NCBI GenBank assembly: GCA_031265365.1
Contig: JAISCS010000030.1
Span: 1 to 56,282, forward strand
Direction: 5' to 3'
Source: Verrucomicrobiales bacterium
Lineage (GTDB): Bacteria; Verrucomicrobiota; Verrucomicrobiia; Methylacidiphilales; JAAUTS01
Length of the DNA: 56,282 nucleotides
Part shown: positions 47,132 through 55,934 of the stretch, in pieces
Layout of the letters: the number at the start of each line of letters is the position of its first letter
How positions within the stretch are numbered: position 1 is the stretch's first letter
Position numbers and translations under genes: made by a program
The notes under the pieces: generated by a model
Databases searched by the model: none
Told to the model about the DNA's origin: nothing
The model's input: only the letters and a program-made list of their open reading frames with translations

Positions 47132-49670
47132 ACGAGGCTTTGCCCTTGTCGTCATGCTGGTTGTCATGCTGGCGCTGGGCACACTGGTGGCGCTGGCGCT
47201 CACCGTCGTCCGGTTCGAGGTGAACGACAGCGCCCTGCACGCCGAAAAAATCCGCGCCGACTGGGCCGCGCGCGCCGCGCTGAACGAGGCCGTCGCACGC
47301 CTGCTCGACGCCGTGACTGTCAGCGGCAGCGCCGACCGCATGTTTGTCACCAGCCAGCTTGAGCCGCCGGCGGAGTTCGCCAACCTCTCACCCATTCTCA
47401 CCATCAGCGGCAACGGCCAAATCCATCCGCTCATCTCCACCGAGATTCAACCGTTTGTCGTCGACGATGACGCCGTGCCCACCGCGTTGTTCCAAGAACG
47501 CGACGGCGCTGATCTGAACCGCGACGGCCTCATCGTCAGCGCCACGCCCGCGCCGGATTACACGGTCAAATTGCTGGAACTAAAAAACGACGACGACATC
47601 GTGGCGCGTTACGGTTATCAAGTTTTCGACGAGGAGGCGCGGCTCGACGCGCGGCTGCACCGCGCCGCCGACCGTGACGGTTTCGGCCAGAGCGCGGCGG
47701 AGATTCCGCCGGCCGTGCTCACCGGAACGGAGCAAGAATTATTGCTGACTTTTCCAAAATTACCGGCAAGTCCGCTGGCCTTCGCGCAAGCCGTGGACAG
47801 TGTCCGCCGCCGCGAGGAATTAAAACATTTTTTCGGTCTGCGCGGCGCTGACGGTGAGGAGGTCATTCCGCGCGGGTTGCCGGAGGCGGGCCGGCCCAAG
47901 TATAATATCAACGACCTCGCCGCTGACGCCGAACTCGCGCCCGAACAGCGCGCCGAAAAAATCGCCGCCATCATTGACCGCAACCTGCCCGATTTCAAAA
48001 AACGCGACCCCAGCCTCGCCGGTGAATCCGCCGACGGTCAGCGCCGTTATCTCCAACGCCTCGCCGCGTCCATCGTGGAATACGTTGACCCCGGCGCCAA
48101 CTGCGTGACCGTCGGCGGCGAGCCGGCGGGGCGCGGCCTGTTCCCGCTGGTCGTCGGCGTCGCCGAGCGGTATTTATGGGTCGGCGGCGACAGCGTCAGC
48201 GCCGTCATTGAGACGCGCGCCTTCGCGCAAGTGTGGAACCCATGCACCATGACCGTCAGCGGCCGGGCGCGCCTCCGGCTCGCCAACCGCCAGCGCGTCA
48301 CCTTCGGCGCCGGCATCGTCACGCCGCTCGACGACTACGACGCCGTCGCTGACGATGAGATTATGGTCAGACCGAACGAGTTCAAGGTCATCGCCTTCCC
48401 CGCCGCGCGCCAGACTTTCACCAGTCCGACCGCCAGCGTCAGCGGCCCGCGCTGGGCCGGCTCGCCCGCCGATTCCGCCGACCAAACCACGCACGAGCCG
48501 TTTGAATTTTTCTGGAACGGCGCGCGCGTGGACATGCATCGCCGCGCGCCCGTCGGCCCCGGCACGGCCAGCGCCGGCTTGGTACGCAATGCCAAAACCC
48601 TCGAATTCAACCGAGTTCACTATCAGGTTAATACTATTCCGACCTTCGCCGGCGTGAACGTGGTCGGCGACCCGCGCGCGACATACCTCGGCAATTACGA
48701 CTGGGGTTCCACCATCAGCGGCGACGACACCTACGCGCGCAACACCCACTGGGGCGGGCGCGGCTTGCGCGGCGGTGATTACCGGCAGGATTTCGTCGCC
48801 ACCTGGGTGGCGCGCGATTACATTCGCGCGAATCCGCCGGTGGGCAACCCGCCCGGTAGCGTGAACGTCAGCCCCGACCAAGTGCCGTTGCCTTACGACG
48901 CCGACCGTGACGCCCCGAACGCGCCGTTTTTTATTCGCAAGGACCGGATGAAAAGCATCGGCGAACTCGGCCATATTTTCGACCCCGCGCAGGCCAACGA
49001 CGCGGGCCTCGCGCCGAAGGGCGGCTCGCCGGCGAGCGTCTTTGTCAGCGGCGGTGGGCGGACGCTGCGCGTGGGCCAGCCGGAGTTTGCCTACTGGGAC
49101 CGTGACGGTTGGCGGGCGCTGGAGTTATTGGACATTTTTACCGTGAATCCGGTCGCCGCTGACGGTGATTATCCGCGCATGGCGGGGCGCATCAACATCA
49201 ACACCGCGCCGCGCGAGGTGCTGGCGGCGTTGTTGCACAACATTGAAATCAAGTCCGACGAGGAGGCCAATGCTGGCGGTGACATTGGCAAACTCGACAC
49301 CGCGCGGTTGGCGGAAGTCATTATCAGCGAGCGTCGGAAAGCGCCGTTTGAAAAATTGTCCGACTTGCGCCGCGTGTTGCCCGCGCTCAATCGCGCCGAC
49401 GCTTACCAGCCCAGACTCGGCACGGGCGCTGGTGGCGACCCGCCGCTGGTGATGGACCGCGCGCGCGAGGAGGCGTTTGCCAAGTTCTGCAACCTTGTCA
49501 CCGTGCAATCGTGCAACTACCGCGTGTGCGCCGTCGGCCAGGCGCTGGCCGCTGACGGTCGCGTCGCCGCCGTGACTTTTCTGACCGCCATCGTCAGCGT
49601 CGAGCCGGAAAAAGACGCCGATGGCCGGACCGTTTTCAAACCGAGGGTTATTTATGTTTACCAGCAATAA
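47100..49670 (+). CDS. Large GspK-like pseudopilin
   Basis: KRGFALVVMLVVMLALGTLV has no Glu at +5, as in GspK. The protein is 856 aa and overlaps the upstream gene. Confidence 0.65.
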   Translation: MNLPFASHASKRGFALVVMLVVMLALGTLVALALTVVRFEVNDSALHAEKIRADWAARAALNEAVARLLDAVTVSGSADRMFVTSQLEPPAEFANLSPILTISGNGQIHPLISTEIQPFVVDDDAVPTALFQERDGADLNRDGLIVSATPAPDYTVKLLELKNDDDIVARYGYQVFDEEARLDARLHRAADRDGFGQSAAEIPPAVLTGTEQELLLTFPKLPASPLAFAQAVDSVRRREELKHFFGLRGADGEEVIPRGLPEAGRPKYNINDLAADAELAPEQRAEKIAAIIDRNLPDFKKRDPSLAGESADGQRRYLQRLAASIVEYVDPGANCVTVGGEPAGRGLFPLVVGVAERYLWVGGDSVSAVIETRAFAQVWNPCTMTVSGRARLRLANRQRVTFGAGIVTPLDDYDAVADDEIMVRPNEFKVIAFPAARQTFTSPTASVSGPRWAGSPADSADQTTHEPFEFFWNGARVDMHRRAPVGPGTASAGLVRNAKTLEFNRVHYQVNTIPTFAGVNVVGDPRATYLGNYDWGSTISGDDTYARNTHWGGRGLRGGDYRQDFVATWVARDYIRANPPVGNPPGSVNVSPDQVPLPYDADRDAPNAPFFIRKDRMKSIGELGHIFDPAQANDAGLAPKGGSPASVFVSGGGRTLRVGQPEFAYWDRDGWRALELLDIFTVNPVAADGDYPRMAGRININTAPREVLAALLHNIEIKSDEEANAGGDIGKLDTARLAEVIISERRKAPFEKLSDLRRVLPALNRADAYQPRLGTGAGGDPPLVMDRAREEAFAKFCNLVTVQSCNYRVCAVGQALAADGRVAAVTFLTAIVSVEPEKDADGRTVFKPRVIYVYQQ

Positions 49671-49690
49671 ATATGGCGCTTGCTTGCAGT

Positions 49691-49841
49691 CCCCTGTCAT
49701 CCTGAGTGCGGCCCTGAAAGAGCGCGGTCGAAGGATTGGGCAAGCACTGGCTAACAAGTGTGCCGCAATCAAGCCGCTGACGCTAATCAAGCCGGTACTT
49801 CGACTACGCGCCTTGGGCGCTTCGCTCAGGATGACGGGGGG
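49691..49841. repeat. Family-C hairpin MITE-like element
   Basis: cccctgtcatcctgagtgcgg ... gcttcgctcaggatgacgggggg. Confidence 0.8.
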
Positions 49842-49845
49842 ATGG

Positions 49846-50499
49846 ATGCTTTGTGTGGTTGGCTCGTTAGATGGACTGTCACTGTCAGCGCAGGAAGTTC
49901 GGCTCATCAACGCCACGAGCGTGCCGGAGATTTCCGTCGCCATTGACGGGCGGCCATGCTACCCGCGCTTCTCGCAGGGCGGTTACACCGGCGGCTCGGT
50001 CACCGACAGCGGCGCCGTCGTTTACCAAATCAAGGACCTGCGCGGCGGCAAAGAGCGCGCGCTGACCGTGACCTTCGCTCCCGGCTCGCGGCAGGCGCTG
50101 GTGATTCATGGCGATTTCTCGCCGTCAGCGGATAAAAATTCCAAGCGCAAAAACGCGCCGCCGAACGTCAAATTATTCCCGCTGGATTTCGCGCTGAAAA
50201 AAGACGAGTCGCGCTTGCGTTACCGGCTGGTCAATTTGGTGCCCGGCCAAACTTTGCAACTCCTCGCCAAGCCAGAGCCTATCGAGATTCCCCACGGGGA
50301 AATCCTCACCCTCAGCGGGCAGAAGCCCACTGTCACGCTGACCGTGCGGGTCACCGACCGTTGCATCCCCGTGCTCATTCACCAACAGGGGGTGTTGCGC
50401 GACTGCGTGATAATTTTTTACGAGACCGGCGGCGGCGTTGACTTCATCCGTTTTTTCGAGCCGAACCGCGCCGCTGACGGTAAGGCTGGGGAGGAGTGA
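49846..50499 (+). CDS. Hypothetical secreted protein downstream of the pseudopilin genes
   Basis: The ORF maximum starts at 49621, but residues 1-75 are encoded by the overlap with the upstream gene and by the family-C repeat. MLCVVGSLDGLSLSAQE at 49846 is the first start outside the repeat. Confidence 0.5.
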   Translation: MLCVVGSLDGLSLSAQEVRLINATSVPEISVAIDGRPCYPRFSQGGYTGGSVTDSGAVVYQIKDLRGGKERALTVTFAPGSRQALVIHGDFSPSADKNSKRKNAPPNVKLFPLDFALKKDESRLRYRLVNLVPGQTLQLLAKPEPIEIPHGEILTLSGQKPTVTLTVRVTDRCIPVLIHQQGVLRDCVIIFYETGGGVDFIRFFEPNRAADGKAGEE

Positions 50500-50521
50500 G
50501 AGATTCCCCTCTCGTTGTCAG

Positions 50522-51475
50522 TCACCCATTCACAATATTGCGCGGCGCGCCGGTGAGGAAGGCGGCGATGTTGTCGCGCGTGGCGGTCATGAGGGCGCGG
50601 CGGGCTTGCAGGCCGCTCCAGGCGATGTGCGGGGTGAGGACGCAACGCGGTTCGCTCACCAGCGGATGACCCGGCGGCGGCGGTTCTTGCGCCAGCACGT
50701 CCACGGCGGCGCCGGCGATGACGCCCTCGCGCAACGCGTCGGCCAAGTCGCGCTCGTTCACCAGCGCGCCGCGCCCGGTGTTAATCAAAAACGCCGTGGG
50801 TTTCAGGCCGGCGAGGAACGCCTTGTTGACAAAGCCGGCGTTGTCCGCCGTCAGCGGGCAGTGCAGCGTGATGACATCCGCCTCGCGTTGCAACTCCGCC
50901 AAGTCCACGGCGCGCGCGCCGTCAGCGTCAGCGCCGGCGGCGCGGCGCAGACGGATGATGTTCATGCCAAACGCCCGCCCAAGCTCCGCCACGCGCCGGC
51001 CAATGCGCCCGTAGCCGATGACGGCCAGTGTCTTGCCGCGCAACTCGATTTGCGGCGCGAGCCAGTAACAAAAATCCGCGCTCCGGCTCCAGTCGCCGCG
51101 CTTCACCGATTGGTCGTGCCGGCCAACGCGGTGGCACAACTCCAGCAACAGCGCGAAGACATGCTGCGCCACCGTGTCCGTCCCGTACTCCGGCACGTTC
51201 GCCACCAAGACCCCGCGCTCGCGGGCGGCGGCGGTGTCCACGATGTTATAACCCGTCGCCAGCACGGAGACGAAGCGCAACTTGGGCAAGCGCGCCAGCG
51301 TCGTCGCCGTCAGCGGGGTTTTGTTAGTCAGGATAATCTCACTGCCGGCGGCGCGCGGCACGATTTCATCCGCCGGCGTACGGTCGTGCACCGTCAGCGC
51401 GCCCAGTTTGGCGATGTCGTCCCACGGATTGTCGCCGGGGTTCAGTGTGTGTCCATCCAGTACAGTGATGTTCAT
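50522..51475 (-). CDS. D-isomer-specific 2-hydroxyacid dehydrogenase (glycerate dehydrogenase-like)
   Basis: NAD-binding motif LAVIGYGRIGRRVA. FLINTGRGALV and LTPHIAW motifs. Confidence 0.88.
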   Translation of the reverse strand: MNITVLDGHTLNPGDNPWDDIAKLGALTVHDRTPADEIVPRAAGSEIILTNKTPLTATTLARLPKLRFVSVLATGYNIVDTAAARERGVLVANVPEYGTDTVAQHVFALLLELCHRVGRHDQSVKRGDWSRSADFCYWLAPQIELRGKTLAVIGYGRIGRRVAELGRAFGMNIIRLRRAAGADADGARAVDLAELQREADVITLHCPLTADNAGFVNKAFLAGLKPTAFLINTGRGALVNERDLADALREGVIAGAAVDVLAQEPPPPGHPLVSEPRCVLTPHIAWSGLQARRALMTATRDNIAAFLTGAPRNIVNG

Positions 51476-51587
51476 AAAATAGGTTCCATTATTTTTTACA
51501 AAGAGTTCATGGAGTTATTGGAGAAAGTTTACTTTGACTAAACCGCCCCCCTCCAATTCCTCCATGTTCTCGTTGTAAAAGGTTCAT

Positions 51588-52736
51588 TTAACATTCGCGG
51601 TAATCGCGCGTGCGCGGCCATTGCGGGAGCGGCGCGGCGCCGGCGCGGGGCTGGCCGGGGGTGAGTTCCTTCGCGCGCCGGTAGCCGGCGACCAGGTTTT
51701 CCCACGGCACCTCGACGCCCGTGACGTTGCTGGTGAACAGGAACAGGCCGCGCCCGTTATCCGTGGCGTCGAAGAAATAATCCACCTCGCGGCGCACCTC
51801 GTCGGGCGTGCCGAACGGCAGTGTGCGGGTGACGCTCAGCCCAGCGAAGAACAGCAAATCGCGCCCGCCGGCGGCTTTTTTCCCGCGCAGTTCGGGGATT
51901 TCCAAGCCCAGCTCGTATTGAAATCCTTGCAGCCCGCTGAAGCCCGTCGCGATGAAATCATCCACCACCGGCCGGATGTCGCCGTCGCAATGATGCACCA
52001 CACGCACGCCCGCCGCCACCAGCGGGGCGAGGATGTCCTTGACGACGGGGAAATAATACCGGCGCAGTAATTCGGGGCTGACCATCGGGCCGGAGTTGTT
52101 GCACAAATCCTCGCCGCAGAACAGCAGCGGGACGAGGTCCAGCTCGGCGTAGAGCGGGGCGAGGAGCTTGGCGCGCTCGCGGGCGACGAGGGCGCGGACG
52201 CGCCAGATTTTGCCAACCGCCTCCGGATACAGCGCGCAGGCGGAGAGGAAGGCGATGTAGCCGTACTTTTGATACAACGCGAACGGGCCGCCGAGGTCCC
52301 AGAAATTCGGCAACGGCTCCAAGCCGCCCCAGTCGGCGCGCGCGTGGGCGAAGATGTCGAGGAAGCGCTGGCGTTCCCGCACGCGGTCAAAGTCCTTGAG
52401 CGCCTCGTCCTCGTCGTCGGGCAACTGCTCGGCGACCTCCAGCAACACCTCCGGCTCGATGTCCTGAAAGTCCGATTCCTGCACAGAGCCGGCGCGCAGT
52501 TGCTCAAGTTCCTTGGGATAGACGGGCATGGTGACGATGCCGTCGGTGTCGAGTGCGAGGTTAGCGCGGACCATGCCTTGCTCCGGGTTCTGCAAATATT
52601 CCTCGACCGTGGTGCCGGCGATGGCGGCGAGGTTGCGGGCGCTGAGCATCCAGCCGCCGATGGACGGCACGCGGTCAACTTCGAGGCCGAGGGCTTGGCG
52701 GCGGAGGCGTTCTTTGCGGGAGAGGGCGGCGGGCAT
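51588..52736 (-). CDS. Uroporphyrinogen decarboxylase (URO-D)-like family protein
   Basis: General URO-D/MtaA-like pattern (...VVHHCDGDIRPVVDDFIATGFSGLQGFQ...). Start MPAALSRKERL at 52736. The family call is made by eye. Confidence 0.6.
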   Translation of the reverse strand: MPAALSRKERLRRQALGLEVDRVPSIGGWMLSARNLAAIAGTTVEEYLQNPEQGMVRANLALDTDGIVTMPVYPKELEQLRAGSVQESDFQDIEPEVLLEVAEQLPDDEDEALKDFDRVRERQRFLDIFAHARADWGGLEPLPNFWDLGGPFALYQKYGYIAFLSACALYPEAVGKIWRVRALVARERAKLLAPLYAELDLVPLLFCGEDLCNNSGPMVSPELLRRYYFPVVKDILAPLVAAGVRVVHHCDGDIRPVVDDFIATGFSGLQGFQYELGLEIPELRGKKAAGGRDLLFFAGLSVTRTLPFGTPDEVRREVDYFFDATDNGRGLFLFTSNVTGVEVPWENLVAGYRRAKELTPGQPRAGAAPLPQWPRTRDYREC

Positions 52737-52818
52737 AAAGTGATGAAGGTTAGCGTAAAAGCGGGGGGATGGATATAGAAAATTCACCGCAGAGGCGCGG
52801 GGATGCGGAGTTTGTTGG

Positions 52819-53116
52819 GAAAGCTAAAAACAGAAATAATTTCAGCTTTCGGCTTTCTAATTTCTTTAACGCTGAAACACCCCGTCCGCTTACGCGGCCA
52901 CCCCTCTTCGAGAGGGGAATTTGCTTTGCGAGTGGGGAATTTACTGGCGCGAAGGACATGGCTGGTGAGGGTGGTCTCGGCGGCAGCATAAATAATTCCC
53001 CGCTCGTAGAGGGGTGGCGCGGAGCGACGGGGTGTTTCAGCGTTGGAGCTCTTTTCCCGTTGAATGCTAAAACACCTCGTCCACTGGCGCCGCCACCCCT
53101 CTGCGAGAGGGGAATT
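52819..53116. repeat. Composite family-A' repeats (small hairpin + half element + full hairpin)
   Basis: The right-arm-only copy is aacgctgaaacaccccgtccgc...cctcttcgagaggggaatt (52868-52921). The full hairpin has arms 52994-53044 and 53066-53116 (aattccccgctcgtagaggggtggcgcggagcgacggggtgtttcagcgtt / reverse complement). Confidence 0.75.
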
Positions 53117-53146
53117 TGCTCGTGCGGCGGGCTTGGGCGGTGACGG

Positions 53147-55420
53147 TCAGCGGCGGCGGCGGACGGTGAGTAGCAGCGCCGCGCCGAGGGTCAGCAGGAG
53201 CCATGTCGAGGGTTCGGGGATGGCTTCCAGCGTCAGGCGCAGGTTGTGGTTGTCGAACAGCAGCGTGTATTCCCAATTTGGATGCAGCAGGTCGCTGACG
53301 GTCATGTCGGTGAGGAAACCGTCGGTGTTGGTGGCGCCACTGGAAGTGGTAAAACCGTCGGTCAGCAGCCAAGTCGCGCCGGCGTCGGGAGTGTAGCCGC
53401 CGAGGAAGTTGAGCATCAGCGTGGTCAGCGCGTTTTCCTCTACGTACAATCCGCTGCCGCCGCTACGCGTGGCCCGCACCAGGTCGTTCGCGTCGGCGGA
53501 CAAATCCACCGCGAAAATGCCGCCATCGTCAAAGACCAAATCGGTGACAGTCGCGCCGAGCAACAGCGTGCCGGCTTGATAATTGCCGGAAATGTCGCCC
53601 GGTGCCAGGATGCCGCTGCCGCTGACCACGAGCTGACCGCCCGAGGCGGGGTCGCCTTTGCCGACCACCAACCCGCCGCTGGCGTTCACCGTGCCGACGC
53701 CGGACAGTTTTCGCACCTTGGAACTGGCATTGACGCTAACCACCCCGCCGCGGTCCACACGCAATTCCGTCGTCGCGGGCAGCGCCAAGGCGTTGCTAAT
53801 TGTCAGACCGCCCTGCGCCAAGGTGATGCCGTGGTAGGTGTTGGCGCCGCTGAGCGTCACGCCAGTGCCCACGTTCGCCGCAATCAACCCGACCTCATCG
53901 TCAGCGACGGAGTTGGTGATGCCGGCGCCCACGCCAATAGTGGCGCGGCCCGTGATAATCAGCGGATTGTCGCCGGTGTTCAGGATGCCGCTGCCATTGA
54001 TGTCGACGTAATTGCCGCCCGCCACGATGGCGCCGGAAGTGACCGTCAGCGTCGTGTTAGCGGCGATGGTGTGCGTGATGTTGTTGCTGTCGAGCTTCAG
54101 CGCGTTGACAGTCAAATCTTGGTCAACCGTAACGCCGGTGCCGCCCAGCGACACGTTGTCATAACTTCCGGACGCTAAAAATGTCGTGCTGTCGTCAGCC
54201 GTGTAATACTCGCTGGCGGTCAGGGCGCGGAAACCATCGGCGGCGGTGTACGTGACCAAATTCGCGCCGGACCATGCGCCGTTGTTTTCGGTGCCCAGAA
54301 AGTCGTTGTCATTGCTGTTGTTCGCCGCCGCCCACGGCAGGATTTTCACTTGGTCCCCGCCGCCCACCAAGGCATCAAGCACGGCCTGGCTGCTTTGGGC
54401 GTCGCTAATCTTGACAAAATGGCCGAAGCCCAGCGTGCCGCTGTTGTTTGAACTAAGAATGTTGAGCGTGGCGAAATTCCGGCGCTCCAGCGCGCTGATG
54501 GTCAGGGTTTTGTTCAGGCTGGAAATCACCGCGCGTCCCCCGTACAAATTGACCGCGCCGACCGACTGGTCAACGACATTGCTCCGCCCCATGAACAGCC
54601 CGCCACTGTACAAATTCACCGGTGCGTCGCCCAGCACGTTGGTGTCAGTGACGCTGACATTACTCAACAGCACACCGAGGAGCGAGCCTTGGCCGACCAC
54701 GTTGTACTCGGTCGCGCCAGTGATTTTGCCGAAACCGCTCTGGTCATAGCCCAGCGCCAACTGGCCTGCCAGCACCTCGACTTTGCCGCTGCCACTGCCG
54801 CTGATGGTCACGGTGCGGTTGAGAGACAAATAACCGCCGCCGTTTTTGGTCAGCGAGCCGACGTTGCTCATGGTGGCGTGCATCGCGAAAATATCACGGC
54901 CTTGCGCGTTGCCGATGGCTTGCGACGACGGGGAGATGGTGAACGTCAGCGCGCTATCGGGCTGGAACTGGAGGGAGAAATTCCGGTTGTGCACGCCGAA
55001 GTTCAAGGTTTTGTTCAAGGTAATCCCGCCGATGTCCACGAAAAACACGGGCTGCGTGGAGGCAAAAGTCCAAGTCTGGCCATTGGGATACGACGTCACC
55101 GTGGCCGCGTCCTCCACCTGCCAAGTGAAATTATTTTCCACGGTGTGGTTGGAATTAATGTTAATGGAAAAATTACCGTCTCCCCAGCCGTAGAGTCCGC
55201 TGAAGGTGTCGTTGATTTTGCTGTCAACCCAATTGGTAGGGTCGGTGTACTGAAGGTCTGTGACAGTGCCCGTCCATTGCGCTTGCGCCGGCCCGGCCAG
55301 CGCCACGAACCCTAACAAACTAATAAGATGGACTACCCCCCCCCCCCGCTTATATATTGTATAAATTGAGGTTAGGCGATTGACGTTTTCCCTGACGGTT
55401 TTGAAAAATACGCTTTTCAT
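53147..55420 (-). CDS. PEP-CTERM-anchored surface protein with autotransporter-associated beta-strand repeats
   Basis: The C-terminus IPEPSTWLLLTLGAALLLTVRRRR is a PEP-CTERM sorting signal. Repetitive G/T/N/V-rich beta-strand repeats are present (LTKNGGGYLSL, TISG...). The signal peptide LISLLGFVALAGPAQA follows a homopolymer-encoded GGG. Confidence 0.85.
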   Translation of the reverse strand: MKSVFFKTVRENVNRLTSIYTIYKRGGGVVHLISLLGFVALAGPAQAQWTGTVTDLQYTDPTNWVDSKINDTFSGLYGWGDGNFSININSNHTVENNFTWQVEDAATVTSYPNGQTWTFASTQPVFFVDIGGITLNKTLNFGVHNRNFSLQFQPDSALTFTISPSSQAIGNAQGRDIFAMHATMSNVGSLTKNGGGYLSLNRTVTISGSGSGKVEVLAGQLALGYDQSGFGKITGATEYNVVGQGSLLGVLLSNVSVTDTNVLGDAPVNLYSGGLFMGRSNVVDQSVGAVNLYGGRAVISSLNKTLTISALERRNFATLNILSSNNSGTLGFGHFVKISDAQSSQAVLDALVGGGDQVKILPWAAANNSNDNDFLGTENNGAWSGANLVTYTAADGFRALTASEYYTADDSTTFLASGSYDNVSLGGTGVTVDQDLTVNALKLDSNNITHTIAANTTLTVTSGAIVAGGNYVDINGSGILNTGDNPLIITGRATIGVGAGITNSVADDEVGLIAANVGTGVTLSGANTYHGITLAQGGLTISNALALPATTELRVDRGGVVSVNASSKVRKLSGVGTVNASGGLVVGKGDPASGGQLVVSGSGILAPGDISGNYQAGTLLLGATVTDLVFDDGGIFAVDLSADANDLVRATRSGGSGLYVEENALTTLMLNFLGGYTPDAGATWLLTDGFTTSSGATNTDGFLTDMTVSDLLHPNWEYTLLFDNHNLRLTLEAIPEPSTWLLLTLGAALLLTVRRRR
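55336..55347. repeat. C12 (G12 on the coding strand) homopolymeric tract in the 5' end of the PEP-CTERM gene
   Basis: Twelve consecutive C counted at 55336-55347. The tract lies between the first ATG (55420) and the signal peptide. Confidence 0.9.
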
Positions 55421-55554
55421 ATACAGAAAAAATAATCCTCCGCTATTTGCGCGTCAAGAAAAAATATTATTTTTTTTCGCCGCTGCCGGCACCACCGATG
55501 TCACCATCAGCGCCGGTCTTGTCCATATATGGTAATTCATCATATATTGGCAGA

Positions 55555-55709
55555 GTACTCCGTCATCCTGAGCGTAGCACCGTAGGTGCGAAGTCGAAGG
55601 AGCGGTCGGGTCAGGGTCTGCGGATTAGTTGCTGCCAGCCGGTTAGTCAGTGCTTGGCCGGTCCTTCGACTACGCCCTTTCAGGGCTACGCTCAGGATGA
55701 CGGGGTACT
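55555..55709. repeat. Family-C hairpin MITE-like element
   Basis: gtactccgtcatcctgagcgtagc ... gctacgctcaggatgacggggtac. Confidence 0.8.
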
Positions 55710-55934
55710 CGGCCAATGTTATGATGAATTATCATGGCAGTTTCCCGCCACTCGCAATGGTATCGCTAACGGCGGAATGACCCACACCGACTAAGACAAA
55801 TTCCCTTCTTCGAGCGGGGAATTTACCGGCGCGATTGTTCCGGCATTAGCTATTCCATCAATAACCGCGAGGAACCCTAAACCAAAAAAATCTTTGCGAA
55901 CCTTTGTCCCTTCGCGCCTTTGCGTCAAATTATT

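Noticed and set aside
46577-48974. 287-aa and 266-aa minus-strand ORFs
   Set aside because: They are antisense to the pseudopilin/GspK-like genes, which carry bona fide prepilin leaders.
50438-51541. 367-aa plus-strand ORF
   Set aside because: Antisense shadow of the 2-hydroxyacid dehydrogenase gene.
51508-51566. Intrinsic terminator downstream of the URO-D-like gene
   Set aside because: It is an imperfect 16-bp inverted repeat (catggagttattggag / ctccaattcctccatg) with a ~27-nt loop and no T-tract on the transcribed strand. It may be structural, but it is not a convincing terminator.
51836-52678. 280-aa same-strand alternative-frame ORF rich in Ser/Arg/Pro
   Set aside because: It lies fully inside the URO-D-like CDS in another frame. 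The composition is low-complexity, and the other frame has recognisable family similarity.
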